This document shows positions 51,945 through 62,570 of a DNA stretch of 64,000 nt, piece after piece. This DNA comes from Nematocida ausubeli (taxonomy: Eukaryota): the NCBI RefSeq assembly GCF_000738915.1, contig NW_026515634.1, positions 62,001-126,000 on the forward strand, read 5' to 3'. Each line of letters begins with the position of its first letter. Position 1 is the first letter of the stretch. The notes beneath the pieces were generated by a model, which saw only the letters and a list, made by a program, of their open reading frames with translations, did not search any database and had not been told where the DNA came from. The position numbers and the translations under genes were made by a program.

Positions 51945-54737
51945 ATGAATTTCAGAATGAAAAGAAATATATTTGCATACAGTACATATACACTTATATT
52001 AGTGCTGGTGGTTAACCATGCACTATCTACCGTGCTACCATACGGAAATCCATTAAGCGTCGCAGGAGAGAACTACAATGCAAGCATAAACCACCTAGAA
52101 ACTCAGAAGAATCTATCTGGGCTGCTCGCAAGCGAACAGATAGAACAGATATCCAGAATTGTTCAAAAAGCGTTTTCCACAGTGGAAAACAAATACAAAA
52201 TAGGCGAAGATCATACGAAGGCAGCACGAAAGAAACGTATTGCAAGAAGTGTGCCGAGCTCGAATATAGCCCCAATGAAATATACTAAAGACATAGACGA
52301 TCTTGTCATGGGTATAAAGCAAAGGGCCCCAAGAGACGAAATACAGCAAGACGAGTATAACAGAGCCATGTACAGAATACTAGAAGAAATGGAAAGAGAA
52401 ATAAAGATGAAAGGAGAATCAATTCAAAATATGCACAAAACAGTACTTAATGAAAAGAATCAAAGAAGATCTCCTCCACGAGCTGAAAACCTCAAGTGGG
52501 ATGAGCTAATAAAGAATGAACTAGGCACAGGCAGCTTTGACTATTTGAGTAGCATGCTTTCAATAGAGAACCGAGATAATCCTATCCCACAGGCAATTGC
52601 CCACAGTTGGCAGCAGCTGTGCACACATAAGGATTTAAACACTCTTTCATCGGAGCTGAATCTTTTTAATAGGCTTTCTGTCCACAGTACCAATGCGAAG
52701 ATAGACAAAATCTTGAGAGTAATTCAAATGATGTCTAAGAAAATTAAACTACGTGCTGTGAATAACAAAAGCATGCAGGACATTGCCTCTGAATACACAA
52801 AGTTTAAGGACCAGCTTTCCTCTAGGGTGCACGATTTTGAGAGCAAAATGAGTGCACAACTGCACAGCGCATGCTATGACGTAGTAAAGGAGCACATAAT
52901 AGGTAGTAGAGAGATAATTGAAGACTTTGACCGTACACTTACCAATCAATATAATACTGCTTTAGTAAACTTCAGAAATATAATAAATTCAGAGCTACAG
53001 ATTCTACTGAATGCCCAGCAAAGCTATGCAATTAAAGGAGAAATAAACAGACTGCTAGACACTGTAGTGCTATACTACCAGCTGCACGAGAATATGCTCA
53101 AGAGTGATTCTGACAGAGTAAAGTACTTGAAGTATATGTTTGAGAGGGAGATGGGGATTTCTGGATCTGGCCGCTCACCCTACCATAGACTAGAGGAAAA
53201 CTCTATTCCTCTTCTAATTAATTTAGTCAACACACTGAGCAGCTCATTTACATCTGTAATAAAAGAAGAAGCCGACAGTGTAAGCCAGATTAACGCGCAT
53301 GCAATAAAACCAGGAAATTCTGCAAACCAGCCAGAATTGCAACACCCAGTGCGTGTCTTACCACCAGCACGTGAATTACCATCTCCAGCTCCAATTACAA
53401 CAACAACTGCCAAGCCAACAACCACCACTCCGCAGCCTACTCTCTCTCCTGTAGACAAGATGATAAATGATATAAGAGGAGAGTTTTGGAGAATTCTGCA
53501 TACAACTGGCGAAGACAGAAATAGCACGCAACAGATATTAGCAAAAGCAGCAGAAGACTTTGGAAAAGACTGGAAACCTGAAAGTCCTGAAAATCACCAC
53601 GGTAGAGAGGTTACATGTCTTGAGGATGCTCTAGGCTTACATAAAAATGCAACAGCACAGGAGATCTATGATGGGCTGCTCGCATGGGAGTCCCAAGAAT
53701 CTAAAAAGACATCCAATTCCAGCAAAGTAAAAGAAGACCTTATAGAAGAGATTGCCAGAATAAACAAGTCTTTGGCCGCAGTGAAGGACAGTGTAGACCA
53801 AGCAAACAAGATTCTTGCAGATGAAACAAAAGAATTTAATGCTCTGGCAGCGACTCAAAGCACTCTTATAGCAGATAAAAATGGCATAGTCAAAAAGCTA
53901 GATACTCTAGTTGCAGAGCACAATACTACAATGGCTAATCTTGAGGTTCTTACCCAGAAAGTAGCTGATCAAGAAGTCTGCCTAACTACAACACTTGCAG
54001 ACAAAATGGATATATTAGAGAAGCTGCGGGAAATAAAAGAGAAGAAACAGAAAAGCGAGGATGCTCTAAAGAGAATAGAGAATGCAAAGCGTGTTGTAGC
54101 AGGTACTACTGAGTTGCTAGACTTCTTGCAGAAATATAAGTACTCAGAGTGTGCTGATGCAACTGCAAGTAAATGCAGCTCTTCTAAAGAGGAGTCTCTG
54201 CGCCTTCTGTTGAATAAAGCAGGTCTTCCTATGGAGATGGATGTCTCTAAATTAATATCCAAACTGCGAGAGATTTCAGAGAAGCGACAGATAAATATTG
54301 ATACAGTGCAAAGCGCGCTAAATACCTTAGATGGCGAAAAGGCTCTGAATCTAGAGCAGTCAAACAATCTTGCAGAGAGAGTATCCAGAATGGGCACACT
54401 AATGGCAAACAGTCAAAATATAAAGAAAGATCTTTCAGAGCAGCTTGAAAGCTTGATCAGTGCAATACACGAAGAAAAAGAAGAACAGAGCGAAGACATA
54501 TCTAATTTCAGCAAAATACTTGACAGGATTGAGAACAGAATAAAACAGATGCATCGCGATGCGTTTGGGGTGGAGGAGAAGCAAGATGCATCATTGGAGA
54601 CAAACCCCACCACCCGTATAACAGATCTTAAAAAGAAGTACAATGAAACAATAAATAAGATTGATGATCTGCAGAACAGCTACACTAAAATAATGAGTAA
54701 TCTTGATAGTTGCAGAAATCCTGACCCTGAGCCCTAA
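51945..54737 (+). CDS. Large secreted coiled-coil protein with Pro/Thr-rich hinge
   Basis: Signal-like N-terminus, RKKRIAR, PAPITTTTAKPTTTTPQP, long heptad-rich C-terminal half. Confidence 0.8.
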   Translation: MNFRMKRNIFAYSTYTLILVLVVNHALSTVLPYGNPLSVAGENYNASINHLETQKNLSGLLASEQIEQISRIVQKAFSTVENKYKIGEDHTKAARKKRIARSVPSSNIAPMKYTKDIDDLVMGIKQRAPRDEIQQDEYNRAMYRILEEMEREIKMKGESIQNMHKTVLNEKNQRRSPPRAENLKWDELIKNELGTGSFDYLSSMLSIENRDNPIPQAIAHSWQQLCTHKDLNTLSSELNLFNRLSVHSTNAKIDKILRVIQMMSKKIKLRAVNNKSMQDIASEYTKFKDQLSSRVHDFESKMSAQLHSACYDVVKEHIIGSREIIEDFDRTLTNQYNTALVNFRNIINSELQILLNAQQSYAIKGEINRLLDTVVLYYQLHENMLKSDSDRVKYLKYMFEREMGISGSGRSPYHRLEENSIPLLINLVNTLSSSFTSVIKEEADSVSQINAHAIKPGNSANQPELQHPVRVLPPARELPSPAPITTTTAKPTTTTPQPTLSPVDKMINDIRGEFWRILHTTGEDRNSTQQILAKAAEDFGKDWKPESPENHHGREVTCLEDALGLHKNATAQEIYDGLLAWESQESKKTSNSSKVKEDLIEEIARINKSLAAVKDSVDQANKILADETKEFNALAATQSTLIADKNGIVKKLDTLVAEHNTTMANLEVLTQKVADQEVCLTTTLADKMDILEKLREIKEKKQKSEDALKRIENAKRVVAGTTELLDFLQKYKYSECADATASKCSSSKEESLRLLLNKAGLPMEMDVSKLISKLREISEKRQINIDTVQSALNTLDGEKALNLEQSNNLAERVSRMGTLMANSQNIKKDLSEQLESLISAIHEEKEEQSEDISNFSKILDRIENRIKQMHRDAFGVEEKQDASLETNPTTRITDLKKKYNETINKIDDLQNSYTKIMSNLDSCRNPDPEP

Positions 54738-55236
54738 GCTACATAGCCTCGTCTAACTGAAGAAAGCGGATTTAGCCAGCGCAGTCTGAGAGCACTTTTA
54801 TGTCTGGGCAGCCCTTTTGGCAGCAAAAAGAAAACTGCAGTGTCTCTAGTAAATCTCGGGTTATGCAGTTATAAAAATAAAAGTTGTTTTGCATCCTTTG
54901 AATACAGCTGTGCGCTATTATAATTGTATTAGCCTCAAACAGCAAGAAGAATGTATTGAGTTATTAGATTCTAGTGCAGTTCAAGCTATATCAGACTTAT
55001 AAGTAGACAGCCCAAAATTAGTTGATATATACCAGATGCCACTATACGCGGGCGTGTATGATGAGAATTTAAGACAGTTCTATATACTGCATATTAATAT
55101 GCAGATTCAAACTCTTTAAGTATTCTGTGGTACAGTATGCCCAGCAGGAAAGAAATCTATACTCTTCTATGTATGCAAAATAGAGTAGAGAAAATAATGT
55201 TCGGCAAGCTAAACTCTTTGATCTTTTTATTACTTA

Positions 55237-56706
55237 TTAACCAGACTCTGAGCCAGACTCTTCAGGCACTGCAGATTCATTCTGTTCGGTCTCGTCTGTT
55301 TCCTCCGAAAGATCTCCGCTTGTGGTGTCGCTGGCTGTTTCTTCGTCCTCGTCCTCATCAGAGGGTGCCGCTGCCCACACCTCGTTCAATACCTCATTCA
55401 GGCAGCTTATCTCCTTCTTTGCAAGATAGGTTTCAAGCGCATTGTACTCAACCTTCTGGATTCCATTAAACATGTATTCCTTCTTGTCCTTCATAATAAC
55501 ACGCACATCAAAGGTTTTTGCTGTTCTTGAGCTCAGATTCACTCTGCTAAACTCAACAGTCTTAATAAGGTCGTACTCAATATACACAATCTGCGGAACA
55601 AATAGGAAACCTTTCTTAAGCGGATAAAGATACCCCTCATTTGCCTTGAGAGAGCATCTCAGCGCCTTTCCACCCGTGGACATAGAGAATGAGCCTGTGT
55701 GCATTGCAGCAATCCCAGAGAGCTTCTCAACCATATTTACAACGCACTCAGAAAGACTGCCTTCTTGAACATAGCTGATCCCTGCATCCTCAATTCTCTT
55801 CTTTTCCTCCTCATCAATTGGCAGCTCTGCCTCCTCCTCTGGACTCTGTATCACAGTGTTTTTCCCAACGACCATCTTTACCTTCTCTTCTGATATCAGC
55901 AGGTTCACAAAGTGGTACCGCGTCTGCCCCTGCCGCACAGGCGTGCTCAGCTCAAAGATAAGATACGACATTTCGTCCACACCCTCCTCTGTGCTTCGCT
56001 CCAGATAGAACATCCGGGATATCGCGTTAAACTGGATCTGGTGGCTGTATCTTTTCCCAATCAGGTGCATACCTCCTGCTGTAAGCGTAATTTTGTACTT
56101 TCCTCTTGGTAGGATGGAGGTGACTTCGTCAATTGAGAAAATCTCCAGCTGGTTCGATCCAGAGGTGGTGCTTTTAATGAGGTCAACCAGCTGAGCCACA
56201 TTGCTTTCCTCCTTCAGGCATCCAAACCGAATCTCAGAAACCCCAAAGTACGTTTCTTTTATGTCTATAATGCCCTCCCCCTTTCGCTCATAGGCATTTG
56301 AAATGGCTTCCAGCGGCACATCAAAGATTGACTTGTTCTGAACTTTGAAGCCAACTGCCATGTCCTGCACCTCAACCTGGCCATGCACATTCCCTTCCAC
56401 ACAGAGCGCTTTGTGGTAAATGTTCAGCTTGTAGTGCTTCTTCACATACTGCTTGATGTTCTCCACGTGCTCTGCCGTCACCCCATCTACAATGTGCATA
56501 TTTCCGCCCTGAATAAGTATCTTTATTGTGTGGGATACCACTCCATAGTGCTCTATGATTTCTTTTATCGCATCTGCTGGTATTGTGATAATCTCAGAAA
56601 CCCCTTCTATCTTTACACCTATTCCAGAGGACGCCATCTTCACTACTGCTCTCTGCAGCCCTTCCTTTCGGCTGTAGTACACATTTTCCAATGTCAGAAC
56701 TTCCAT
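55237..56706 (-). CDS. POB3: FACT subunit Pob3/SSRP1
   Basis: EIRF, LPRGKY, PVRQGQTRYHF, CSLKANEGYLYPL, VEFSRV, TFD; acidic tail. Confidence 0.93.
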   Translation of the reverse strand: MEVLTLENVYYSRKEGLQRAVVKMASSGIGVKIEGVSEIITIPADAIKEIIEHYGVVSHTIKILIQGGNMHIVDGVTAEHVENIKQYVKKHYKLNIYHKALCVEGNVHGQVEVQDMAVGFKVQNKSIFDVPLEAISNAYERKGEGIIDIKETYFGVSEIRFGCLKEESNVAQLVDLIKSTTSGSNQLEIFSIDEVTSILPRGKYKITLTAGGMHLIGKRYSHQIQFNAISRMFYLERSTEEGVDEMSYLIFELSTPVRQGQTRYHFVNLLISEEKVKMVVGKNTVIQSPEEEAELPIDEEEKKRIEDAGISYVQEGSLSECVVNMVEKLSGIAAMHTGSFSMSTGGKALRCSLKANEGYLYPLKKGFLFVPQIVYIEYDLIKTVEFSRVNLSSRTAKTFDVRVIMKDKKEYMFNGIQKVEYNALETYLAKKEISCLNEVLNEVWAAAPSDEDEDEETASDTTSGDLSEETDETEQNESAVPEESGSESG

Positions 56707-57122
56707 TTTATAAAAAATATTCCCAGCTGTCTATAAAAGCACAAATTTTATTTCTGTACACACTGGTGCTGATAAAGCAAAGCCACACCAAACAAGTTCC
56801 TTATAGTCATGCAAAGCAAAAAGGCGCGGTGGAATTGCTTTCTTTAGAGTCCTTCCAATATAGTCTACTCCAGAGCTCTCTGGCCATGCGTACAAAATAG
56901 TAATATTGTGAAACTAATTATTCAAACAGATGCACCCATGCAAAGTGCTTCTATTTTCTCTATGTATTCCAGCATGAGCGGTTTTCCAGTAGAATAGAAC
57001 ACATGCATAAATAGAATTTACTTAAATATAGCCTTTATTTTTAGTTTATTCCGGCTTTTTATGTCTGCATATGTGCACATACACTACGATACACATTCAA
57101 TTCGCAGTGAAACGTGGCTGCA

Positions 57123-57680
57123 TTACACGGAAGGCTCATCGCTTAGCTTCTTTATAAGATAGTCGATTGCCTCTTCTATTCTAGCATGCTCATCATTGAT
57201 ATCCTTCTGAAGTTGGTCATCAAGCACAGGCTCTTCTTTTTCCTTTAGTATTTTGTACATTATTTCTGTTGGACTTTCAAATACTACTGTGTCCAGTCTC
57301 TCATTTACAATTGCATCGCTGTCACGCGGAATATCCCCAATCGAACCATTGTTCGCCTCGCTGTGGAGCTTGAGGGAGATCGAGAATTGAAAGGGCTTTT
57401 CATGAGTATCCACAAAGTATAGCTTTGCTGTGATAGTGAACTCCCCCCACCCGCACTCTTCGATTTCAAAAGGCGGAGTCTCTACTGTTCGGGTCGGATT
57501 TGCAAATGTTTCGTGTGTCTTGAATGTAACACTTCGGATAAAGTAGCTGATATCTGTGTTTTTGTAGCCTCTTATGTAGACCTTCCATCTGTGCGTGGCG
57601 TCAGTTCCTGGCTCAGATATCCGAACAGCAGATGTCCCATATATTATTGCGCGCGAAAGGTTGGCATGATTTATTCTCAT
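57123..57680 (-). CDS. YAF9: YEATS-domain protein Yaf9
   Basis: IIYGT, THRWKVYIRG, HETFANPTR, PPFEIEECGWGEF. Confidence 0.9.
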   Translation of the reverse strand: MRINHANLSRAIIYGTSAVRISEPGTDATHRWKVYIRGYKNTDISYFIRSVTFKTHETFANPTRTVETPPFEIEECGWGEFTITAKLYFVDTHEKPFQFSISLKLHSEANNGSIGDIPRDSDAIVNERLDTVVFESPTEIMYKILKEKEEPVLDDQLQKDINDEHARIEEAIDYLIKKLSDEPSV

Positions 57681-57694
57681 GTATTGAAAAGAAA

Positions 57695-57988
57695 ATGAAA
57701 AAACACGAATATCATCTACAGCTGTACAGAGAGAAAGACACGAAGAGAATATACTTTATCACAGGCGCAGGGCTGATTGCAGGAAGTATTCTTGGTGGAG
57801 TGCAGGGTATACTTTCTGCCCTGCGAAGAACCCATGGAAAGAAGAGAGGAATGGAGTACTTTGCTGTGAAAAGTGCGCAGCGTCTTGGAAGTGCAACTGC
57901 AATTGCAAGCTGTGCGTTTGCTGTCAGTGAGCACCTTCTCTCGCAGATTCCTCAGACTGCAAGTGTTCTTACGCGCATGCTCGAATAA
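57695..57988 (+). CDS. Tim17/22/23-family mitosomal translocase subunit (short)
   Basis: TGAGLIAGSILGGVQG glycine zipper, then AQRLGSATAIASCAFAVSE; ATG at 57695. Confidence 0.6.
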   Translation: MKKHEYHLQLYREKDTKRIYFITGAGLIAGSILGGVQGILSALRRTHGKKRGMEYFAVKSAQRLGSATAIASCAFAVSEHLLSQIPQTASVLTRMLE

Positions 57989-58644
57989 ATGCAAGTGCAT
58001 CCATGCTTAGAAGTCTTTTTTCTGGCAAGACTGCATATATGTGCAAAATATGGGTTTACTAGAGTGTTTACTAGAGTGTATATAAATGCAGCAGTATATA
58101 TGCATGTGCAGCAGATAACTAGCTAGACTTTCTATTGCACTTGATATGTGCTTAGTTTAAAACAGGCTACTGTGCCTTGAATTCATGAATAGGCGGACAG
58201 CGCGTAAATAAATATCCAATTTATAAAATTATATGCCCCTCTTTTATTATAATATGAAGCTCTTATTTAGGAATACCTCTTATTGAGATATCCTGTTTAG
58301 AGCAGATGAGCATATCACTATTGGCACCATGCAAGTATCCATATGCTTGGAAGATTTGCACATTCCAAAACTAGCCGGATGCACTAAAGATCGTAGCATG
58401 CCCTGTACCTGCACAAAGTCACGTGCAGGATCTATTAATTACATTCATCTTCTAGTTCAAAGAAGGCGCACTTATCATTTCTATTATTGCATGTAAATAA
58501 GCACTGCCTCATATTTTTCAGCTGCCAAGGCGCAGTGTATTGTTGGAATACTACAGTAATACACCATGCCGTCTTCAATGTAATGTTTTTTCGGGCCATC
58601 CCTTTGTGCATCTTCTGCTTTTTTGTGCTGTAAAAGAGAAAAGC

Positions 58645-60963
58645 TCATCTATTCTTCTCTGCGGGGTCTTTCCACATGAAATAGTCGCACTGCCTTGCTG
58701 CGCATGTGTAAAAAATCTTGCCTTTATTTGGGCCATCTTTTTTCACCATCAGCTCTTTTGCTTTCACATTACAGCTGCACACAACGGTTCCCTTTGGAAG
58801 ACTGCGCACAAATGAGTTATCTCCAGCATTTTCACTTATACTGTGGCTCTGGTAAGTGTCTTTCTGTTTCATAATATCATGCACATCCCGCCCGTTAATG
58901 TTGTTCTTGTTTATATCCAGCGCGGTTTGGAAAGAGCTTTTGTAGTTTGTATATGTGGGGGGCTCTTTATTTGGCTTTGTCTTTTTTGATTCTCTGCTGT
59001 CTTTTTGTGCATACTCCCGCCGCGGCTTGTATCCTGGGCTTTCCTTTCGTTCATACACTGCTTCTTTTTTTTGATATGCACTCTTTGGTGTATATCCCTT
59101 CGAGTAGCTAGATGTATTTTGTTTGTACGCAAATGGCTTGGAGGCGCCCATTTCTAGATCGGGGTCCTTCTCGCTGAAATCACTTTTATTCTTGGAAAAC
59201 TCTTCCTTAAATTTTGGCATATTCTTCTCAATTGCCGCATATATTTCTCTATACTTGGTGATTTCTTGGTCAATAAGACTCTTTGCTGAAAGCTCGCCGC
59301 TGCATACCTTCTTAAGATTGCACTCAAACTCCTTTCTTAGCTGAGGCTCGCTGATCGTCAGCCCAATGCTTTTGTACCCGTTGATGAGAGAGCGCCCAAG
59401 CCATGTGCTCTTTATTGAGTTTTTGTTAACCACCTCAACGTACTTTCTTTCCTTGATTCTTTCAATGTGGTCGTGTATGGTAGCGTCCGTTCCAATCCCA
59501 TTGCCATCCATTTTTGCAATTAGCTCTGCCTCTGTGAGAAAGTGCGGCTTTTCTGTGTGCGAGTCTTTTTTGCTTGGGGTCCACGGCACCTTCTGCCCCT
59601 TCTTTAGGCCCAGATCGCCCTCAGTGTCTCCCCACTTTTCGTATATAAACACCTCAAGATAGTTCTTCTTTGTGACCTTCAGGGTCTTCCGTATGAATGT
59701 TTCTCCGTTTATCTGGCACTCAATCAGCTCCTCCTCTCCCTCTGCATTTGCGCTGTAGCAGGCTAGGAACCGCCTTGCTATATACTCATAAACAGACCGC
59801 TCCTTTCCATTCAGCGCAGATCCAGACTTGAGAGGGTATATTGGCGTATGCGCCTGGTCATTGTGGTTGCCCTTTGAAGGCACTCCTGGCTTCAGGTTTT
59901 TCGCATACTCACCAAGTACGGAGTCTCCTTTTAGTGCTGCCATTGGATCCTTTGAGTTGAAGTTGCTTGGAAATGCATCCGTCTCTGTTCTGGGATAGCT
60001 AATGTATCCCGATGTATACAGTGACTCTGCGATATTCATGAGCTCGTGGGAATTGGCCACACTCTTCCCCCGCGCAAAGAATTTCTGCAGCTCAACTGTC
60101 CTGAGCGGCCACGGCCTAGATTTGTACCTCTTCTTTGTTTCTATCTTGCTCACTATGAGATCTGCCCCACTGACTGCACCCAGCTTGATATTTACATATT
60201 CCTCGTCATACACCAGCCCTCTTTCCCACTTAAACACACCTTTCTCTCCATTGTGCTGCACATCTGCCTGAATTGTCCAGTTTTTTTCCTCGACAAAATT
60301 CTCAATGCTCTCCTCTCTTGCACAGACAAACCCAAGCGTAGGAATCTGGCAACTGCCATAGCTGATGACAGACTTTGCCTCAATGATGTTCTGCAGCTGA
60401 AGTGTTTGTAGTCTTGTCAGCGCAGCGCCAATTCGCAGATCTATCTCTATCCTAGACTCCACTGCCTTTGACTCGTTTATGTTCAGCTCTCCAAGATTCT
60501 CCATCGCGTGCATTACATCGTACCTACTTAGCCCAGAGAATCTTGCGCGCTTTACCCGCTGAATTCTGTCCTTCACCACATTTGCTACCTGCATGCCTAT
60601 GTTTTCTCCCTCTCTATCACAGTCTGTCCAGATGATAAGCATGTCACACTCAGTGCTAAGCTGCTTTATTGTCTTAAAAACTCCCTCCATGGTGCTTGGA
60701 ATAGACCACTTTAATTTATCCTCAAACAGCTCGCTTGGATCTATTTCTGTCCAGCTGGTTTTCCTTTCAAACTCCAGAGAATACAGATGACCAAGCACGC
60801 TTGTAAATACCATTTGGCACTGTGCTCCCTCAACCTGCCCATCAAATCTGAATACAGAACAGTACTTATTAAGCCCCTTAGTGGGCCTTGCAGCCCCACC
60901 AGAGAGAATATCTGCAAGTGACTTTGCTACCGAAGGCTTTTCTGCCACATTCAAAATTCGCAT
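58645..60963 (-). CDS. TOP3: DNA topoisomerase III (alpha-like, C-terminal GRF zinc finger)
   Basis: LNVAEKPSVAK, WTDCDREGENIG, SYGSCQIPTLGF, ISYPRTET, GIGTDAT; C.C...GPNKGKIFYTC...C. Confidence 0.95.
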   Translation of the reverse strand: MRILNVAEKPSVAKSLADILSGGAARPTKGLNKYCSVFRFDGQVEGAQCQMVFTSVLGHLYSLEFERKTSWTEIDPSELFEDKLKWSIPSTMEGVFKTIKQLSTECDMLIIWTDCDREGENIGMQVANVVKDRIQRVKRARFSGLSRYDVMHAMENLGELNINESKAVESRIEIDLRIGAALTRLQTLQLQNIIEAKSVISYGSCQIPTLGFVCAREESIENFVEEKNWTIQADVQHNGEKGVFKWERGLVYDEEYVNIKLGAVSGADLIVSKIETKKRYKSRPWPLRTVELQKFFARGKSVANSHELMNIAESLYTSGYISYPRTETDAFPSNFNSKDPMAALKGDSVLGEYAKNLKPGVPSKGNHNDQAHTPIYPLKSGSALNGKERSVYEYIARRFLACYSANAEGEEELIECQINGETFIRKTLKVTKKNYLEVFIYEKWGDTEGDLGLKKGQKVPWTPSKKDSHTEKPHFLTEAELIAKMDGNGIGTDATIHDHIERIKERKYVEVVNKNSIKSTWLGRSLINGYKSIGLTISEPQLRKEFECNLKKVCSGELSAKSLIDQEITKYREIYAAIEKNMPKFKEEFSKNKSDFSEKDPDLEMGASKPFAYKQNTSSYSKGYTPKSAYQKKEAVYERKESPGYKPRREYAQKDSRESKKTKPNKEPPTYTNYKSSFQTALDINKNNINGRDVHDIMKQKDTYQSHSISENAGDNSFVRSLPKGTVVCSCNVKAKELMVKKDGPNKGKIFYTCAARQCDYFMWKDPAEKNR

Positions 60964-60987
60964 TGAAATTTTATTGAGTTTTCTTTA

Positions 60988-61437
60988 TTAAACATGTCTT
61001 CTCTTTTTTGAAATATCACTGAAATCGTCCCTTGCCTGGCCGCCTTTCACTCCTCTTCCAAACTGTCGGTTCTCAGCAAACCCGCTGTCTAGGTCTATAT
61101 ATAGAGGCAAGTGCCCCAGCATGTACTTGGAAAAGAACTTCCTTGCTAAAGACGACATCTCGGGGTTTTCAAAATGCACAAAGGCAAATCCGCACGGCGT
61201 GTATTTTTTGGCATCCAGTCCCATAATAACGCGCTTTATCCTCCCGCACTGCGAGAAAAGAGTGTATAGCTGTGCCTCTGTGGTCTTTTTTGATAAGTTT
61301 CCCACATATATAGTCCCTGAAGTCAGAAGCTCTTTAAAGTAGTCGTCTTCTGTTCCTGTGTATCTTCGGTCAAAGTACATTGTTTTAAGCTCATCTTCCT
61401 TCAAATAGTTGTACACCTCAAATGCAGACTTATCCAT
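60988..61437 (-). CDS. CBC2: Nuclear cap-binding protein CBP20
   Basis: Y.DRR, TIYVGNLS..TTEAQLY.LFS.CG, IMGLD....TPCGFAFV, RQFGRG..GGQ; start 61437 or 61494. Confidence 0.93.
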   Translation of the reverse strand: MDKSAFEVYNYLKEDELKTMYFDRRYTGTEDDYFKELLTSGTIYVGNLSKKTTEAQLYTLFSQCGRIKRVIMGLDAKKYTPCGFAFVHFENPEMSSLARKFFSKYMLGHLPLYIDLDSGFAENRQFGRGVKGGQARDDFSDISKKRRHV

Positions 61438-62323
61438 AAAAAAAGTAAATTTTACACGATATTTTAGCCTCTGTGCTACATTCTCATAAAACATCTATAG
61501 CACATGCCAATTTCAGCAAGTTTTTTCTTTTTCTCCCCTAAACTATATTCTTACAAGATCTACGCGGTATCTGACACTCCGCACTATATTAATTACGCAG
61601 AGTTCACTAAAATCCAACAACCCCATCTAAAATATCTAAACTGGTTAATTGTAATTTTATGAATGTTCGCTGTGCGCTGTACAGACATATCAAGCTGAAT
61701 GCATTTGTTGGTTTTCCTTGCCTCAAGGGTATTGAAACCTTCTCTCCGGGACAGCAATGTAGATTAATGTTGGTTATTGCCTCCCGGGCTTTGGCTAGGC
61801 CAACACGCTACAAAGGGCGCTTCTTATTTACGTCTCAGAATATAGTGATCTGTTGTGGAAACTTTGTTTGTGCTGTCAACAAACTTTAGTAAGTATCCAC
61901 TTTACAAACCATATAGACGATGAGAAATAAATTATGCCCAAGTTTATTATGACCAAGTCTAATATTTCGAAGAGGAAAATTCAGCTGCATTTGATATATA
62001 TAGAGAGAATATGTACACAATATGCTCAAAGAAGCCCTATACTCTAGTATAAGGCCTTATATTGCTGGATAACATTCTTTGCATAAATGAGTGCTTTAAA
62101 AGAAACTCAATAAATATTCTTGCTTTAAAGCGCATGTTTTATTATTTGTAAAAGCATATTCATTAGCATGAGTTTATTAGAATTGAATATATTTATGTCT
62201 TAAAAAGCCTGCATCTCCACTGAAAATAGGGTTTATCAAACCTTACATAGTTTATAATGCCTTTGTTTTCAGATTCTTAATCTTTCTCACCATCATTCTT
62301 GTAATAATTGTTTTCACTATTTC

Positions 62324-62570
62324 TTATTCTTTCAAATTATAATGTCTTCTTTTTGATACTCTAATGTCTTCCTCTCTAACTAGATATGAATTATCTCTGC
62401 ACTTCTCCACTATTATTCCTTCTACTACCAATCAACCCTTATATGTTTTCTAGCTTTCTCAAATTTTCAGATTCTGGAATTCTCACTCTTTCATCTCTTT
62501 TAAATTCTTCTCTTATTTCTTTTTAAACAAATTTACACTTGGTCATTCTTTACTATTTTTGCCTTCTTCT
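62324..62570 (-). mobile_element. Degenerate Ty3/gypsy LTR-retrotransposon integrase C-terminal remnant
   Basis: Frameshifted minus-strand pieces NSKE*PSVNLFKK / IREEFKRDERVRIPESENLRK / GIIVEKCRDNSYLVREEDIRVSKRRHYNLKE* resemble microsporidian gypsy Pol ends. Confidence 0.55.

Noticed and set aside
58054..58077. GTTTACTAGAGT x2 tandem
   Set aside because: Two-copy 12-bp duplication; no array or CRISPR structure
14374..60963. Apparent enrichment of chromatin genes (DNAJC9-like, HAT2, ARP8, ASF1, POB3, YAF9)
   Set aside because: Dispersed among unrelated genes; expected in a genome reduced to core functions
61900..61925. AAACCAT resembling the snR30/U17 m2 motif
   Set aside because: No m1 motif or correctly spaced ACA box
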